From: Eledone cirrhosa
Taxonomy: Eukaryota
Length of the DNA stretch: 64,000 nucleotides
Direction: 5' to 3'
Assembly (NCBI GenBank): GCA_964016885.1
Contig: OZ024746.1
Location: 62,868,001-62,932,000 of the forward strand
Position numbers and translations under genes: made by a program. Shown piece after piece: positions 59,372 to 64,000 of the stretch (position 1 is the stretch's first letter; each line of letters opens with the position of its first letter). The notes beneath the pieces were generated by a model. It did not search any database. It had not been told where the DNA came from and saw only the letters and a program-made list of their open reading frames with translations.

Positions 59372-59410
59372 TGAACAAGTACTTTCATGCTTTCGCAATC
59401 TTCAGGTTCA
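59372..59410 (-). ncRNA. Minimal hammerhead ribozyme (U.U at base of stem II, palindromic stem III)
   Basis: ugaac-CUGAAGA-u-ugc(gaaa)gca-u-GAAA-g(ua)c-UU-guuca. Confidence 0.8.
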
Positions 59411-59530
59411 TATTCAGTGGTGACAGTCAAGATATATATGTATGTAAAAGGTAAACAGAAATAACAACACAATTGGTACAGTAAATGAAAGGGATATATT
59501 AGGTTAACGCTTGATATAGCAGGAAGAGGG

Positions 59531-59566
59531 TCTTAACGTTTCGGGTGCTAGTCCTTCATCAGAAGA
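59531..59566 (-). ncRNA. Minimal hammerhead ribozyme of the dimer-forming type
   Basis: ucuu-CUGAUGA-agg(acuagca)ccc-GAAAC-GUU-aaga; AACGUU palindrome. Confidence 0.7.
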
Positions 59567-59735
59567 AAGAATGAGAAATAAGGTAGATTGAGGCAACGGG
59601 CGGGTTGGAATTGGAAAAAATGTCTTTAGATAAAAATAACAGGTCCATTCATGTTGACATCTCTTGATATACATATACATATGTATATATATACATGTGC
59701 GTACATGTATATATACACACACACACACACATATA

Positions 59736-59777
<42 letters not shown>

Positions 59778-59932
59778 AATATATATATATATGCATACCT
59801 ACATATATATATGCATACACACATATATGTACATACATATATACATACACACAATGCATACATACATACATACTCATATACACACATACACACATCCATA
59901 CCTAGACACATACATACATATACACATACATA

Positions 59933-60235
59933 CATGATGGCTGCCCTCTCGTTATCGAGTATGGCCATTGCACGATATACCATTATTAATAATTATTAAT
60001 TAATTCTATCGTGCAATGCCTGTGCGTGAAGATATTTTTAAAGTGAGGAAAGACTGTACACTGAGCCAATCCCACTCTCTGAGCGACAGTAGCTATAACC
60101 CAAAAAGCAGAAAAGATCAACATCATCGGTAACTACTGAGCCACAGGTTTTATATCGGAGTTATCCCAGTTTCCTGAGTTGCCTCTCCTAGAAGAATGCC
60201 CTGACAAAGGCTAGGGGTCCTTCATTCCCAGTGGT
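59933..60235 (-). mobile_element. Bipartite RTE-derived non-autonomous element
   Basis: 5' part homologous to 14000-14150; tail ggccatactcgataacgag as at 62920-62962. Confidence 0.65.
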
Positions 60236-60249
60236 TTAACTGCGTGATC

Positions 60250-62919
60250 ATACATACATACATACATACATACTCATTTAAATACACACATGCACACATA
60301 CTTACATACATACAAACATACAAACATACACACATACATACAAACATACATACATACATACTCATATAAATACACACATGCACACATACTTACATACATA
60401 CAAACATACAAACATACACACATACATACATACAAACATACATACATACATACTCATATAAATACACACATACAGACATATTTACATACATACAAACATA
60501 CAAACATACACACATACATACAAACATACATAATACATACATACTCATATAAATACACACATGCACACATACTTACATACATACAAACATACAAACATAC
60601 ACACATACATACAGACATACATACATACATACATACACATATAAATACACACATACACACATACTTACATACATACAAACATACAAACATACAAACATAC
60701 TCACATACATACAAACTTACATACATACTCATATAAATACACACATGCACACATACTTACATACATACAAACATACAAACATACACACATACATACAAAC
60801 ATACATAGATACATACATACATACTCATATAAATACACACATACACACATACTTACATACATACAAACATACAAACATACAAACATATTCACATACATGC
60901 AAACTTACATACATACTCATATAAATACACACATGCACACATACTTACATACATACAAACATACAAACATACACACATACATACAAACATACATACATAC
61001 TCATATAAATACACACATACATACTTACATACATACAAACATACAAACATACACACATACAAAAATACATACATACATACATACATACTCATATAAATAC
61101 ACACATGCACACATACTTACATACACACATACATACAAACATACATACATACATACATATTCATATAAATACACACATGCACACACACTTACATACATAC
61201 AAACATACAAACACACACATACATACAAACATACATACATACATACATACATACTCATATAAATACACACATACACACATACTTACATACATACAAACAT
61301 ACAAACATACATACAAACATACATACATACATACTCATATAAATACACACATGCACACATACTTACATACATACAAACATCCAAACATACACACATACAT
61401 ACACACATACATACATACATAATACATACTCATATAAATACACACATACGCACACACTTACATACATACAAACATACAAACATACACACATACACACATA
61501 CATACATACATACTCATATAAATACACACATACACATATACTTACTTACATACAAACATACAAACATACACACATACATACAAACATACATACATACATA
61601 CTCATATAAATACACACAAGCACACATACTTACATACATACAAACATACAAACATACACACATACATACAAACATACATACATACATACATACTCATATA
61701 AATACACACATCCACACATACTTACATACATACAAACATACAAACATACATACATACATACAAACATACATACATACATACATACTCATATAATTACACA
61801 CATACACACATACTTACATACATACAAACATCCAAACATAAACACATACATACAAACATACATACATACATACATACTCATATAAATACACACATGCACA
61901 CATACTTACATACATACAAACATCCAAACATAAACACATACATACAAACATACATACATACATACTCATATAAATACACACATACGCACACACTTACATA
62001 CATACAAACATACAAACATACACACATACACACATACATACATACATACTCATATAAATACACACATACACATATACTTACTTACATACAAACATACAAA
62101 CATACACACATACATACAAACATACATACATACATACTCATATAAATACACACAAGCACACATACTTACATACATACAAACATACAAACATACACACATA
62201 CATACAAACATACATACATACATACATACTCATATAAATACACACATCCACACATACTTACATACATACAAACATACAAACATACACACATACATACAAA
62301 CATACATACATACATACATACTCATATAAATACACACATGCACACATACTTACATACATACAAACATCCAAACATAAACACATACATACAAACATACATA
62401 CATACATACTCATATAAATACACACATACACACACACTTACATAATACAAACATACAAACATACACACATACACACATACATACATACATACATACATAC
62501 TCATATAAATACACACATACACACATACTTACATACATACAAACATACAAACATACACACATACATACAAACATACATACATACATACATACATACATAC
62601 TCATATAAATACACACATGCACACACACTTACATACATACAAACATACACACATACACACATACACACATACATACATACTCATATAAATACACACATGA
62701 ACACATACTTACATACATACAAACATACAAACATACACACATACATACAAACATACATACATACTCATATAAATACACACATGCACACACACTTACATAC
62801 ATACACACATACAAACATACACACATACATACAAACATACATACATACATATTCATATAAATACACACATACACACATACATACATACATACATACTCAT
62901 ATAAATACACACATACACA
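60250..62919 (+). repeat. (CATA)-based satellite with ~75-90-bp unit
   Basis: Recurring tactcatataaatacacaca anchor, roughly 30 units. Confidence 0.92.
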
Positions 62920-62987
62920 CATGATGGCTGCCCCCTCGTTATCGAGTATGGCCATTGCACAATAAAAAAAAAAAAAAAAAAAAAAAA

Positions 62988-63036
<49 letters not shown>

Positions 63037-63112
63037 GCAATAATAATAATAACGACAACAACAATAATATACATATCCACACATACATACACACACACGC
63101 ACGCACATAAGC

Positions 63113-63150
<38 letters not shown>

Positions 63151-64000
63151 GATAGCAACTAACAGTGCTGCGATCGAATGTGGCTTTTTAGCCCAGCCAA
63201 TGATCCAAAATGTCTTGCACAGAGTCGGCAACCAAAACATTTACTGGGAATAGTCGGCTGTGGTTGGAGTTCGTGTACTTTTGCATGTCGCTTGAGTCCT
63301 CCTGCTGATTTACATTCTCTACCACATGTTTGGCAAGCATGATGAGTAGCATCTCCAACAGCAGCCTGGTAGTCAACCACTGGTCTTACTTTATGACTGC
63401 GAAGATGACTTTCGAGTCCAGCTTTGCTTAGACAGAGTCTCGCACAGACGCTGCATGTCAGAAACATAGGAGGACCCTCGCCGTCTGGAAGTGCAACAGC
63501 AATACCCTTCCTCACGTCCCGCTTTACTTTCTCGTGTGCGATTCGAGATGCCTCAAAGGCAACTTTTCCCTCATATACAGTCTTTCTCCATTTATTACGA
63601 TCAGCAGCAATATTTTCCCATGTATCAGCAGAGATGTTAGCGTCTTTCAGAGAGGCCTTCAAGGAATCCTTATACCTCTTTTTTGGTTTATGTGGCGGTC
63701 GTTTTCCTTTAACCAACTCTCCATAGAAGAGTTGTTTTGGTATTCTAGAATCCTTCATCCTGGCAAGGTGACCACTCCAACGGAGTCGCTGCTTAAGCAC
63801 AAGAGCTTCTATACTGTCACACATAGAGCTTTCCAAAATCTCGACATCACTGATGTGGTCCCTCCAGCGAACGCCATGTATCCGTCTGAGACACATCTGA
63901 TGGAAACGCTCCAATTGCTTAAGGTGGCGTCGATATGTGACCCAGGTCTCGCAGGCATAAAGAAGACAAGAGAGTACACATGCCCTGTACACCTTTACCT
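62920..64000 (-). mobile_element. RTE (BovB-like) LINE 3' end; ORF open from the window edge to the stop at 63159; three C2H2 fingers
   Basis: LLYACETW, RLRWSGHLARMKDSRIPKQLFYGEL, then CSVC..SHLRSH, CQTC..RHAKVH, CRLC..SHIRSQH. Confidence 0.93.

Noticed and set aside
63159-63992. Host zinc-finger transcription factor gene
   Set aside because: The fingers are fused to an RTE RT C-terminus and followed by a LINE tail

Overview
AT-rich, microsatellite-saturated eukaryotic intronic/intergenic DNA. The repeat complement (Meta-domain and CORE-like SINEs, RTE LINEs with (GAT)n tails, very long (TA)n/(CATA)n tracts) suggests a coleoid cephalopod such as octopus; this is inference. I found no convincing host protein-coding gene, and almost all long ORFs are microsatellite translations. 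Recognisable content: RTE LINE fragments (one family with a PHD finger inserted after the RT core, another with three C-terminal C2H2 fingers), about 20 SINEs, four non-autonomous Helitrons with intact TC...CTAG ends at A^T sites (three carry retroelement cargo), hAT/piggyBac/mariner MITEs, decayed Gypsy, CRE and Penelope ORF remnants, and several satellites. The main unexplained signal is a dense set of short elements, mostly beside (TA)n tracts, with long fold-back palindromes (up to a perfect 360-bp one) and/or minimal hammerhead-ribozyme motifs: 7 loci with complete cores plus several degenerate ones. One hammerhead family shows two compensatory base-pair changes between copies, and one locus links the hammerhead and inverted repeat to a Penelope GIY-YIG C-terminus. 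All calls were made by eye; no database search or folding program was run.
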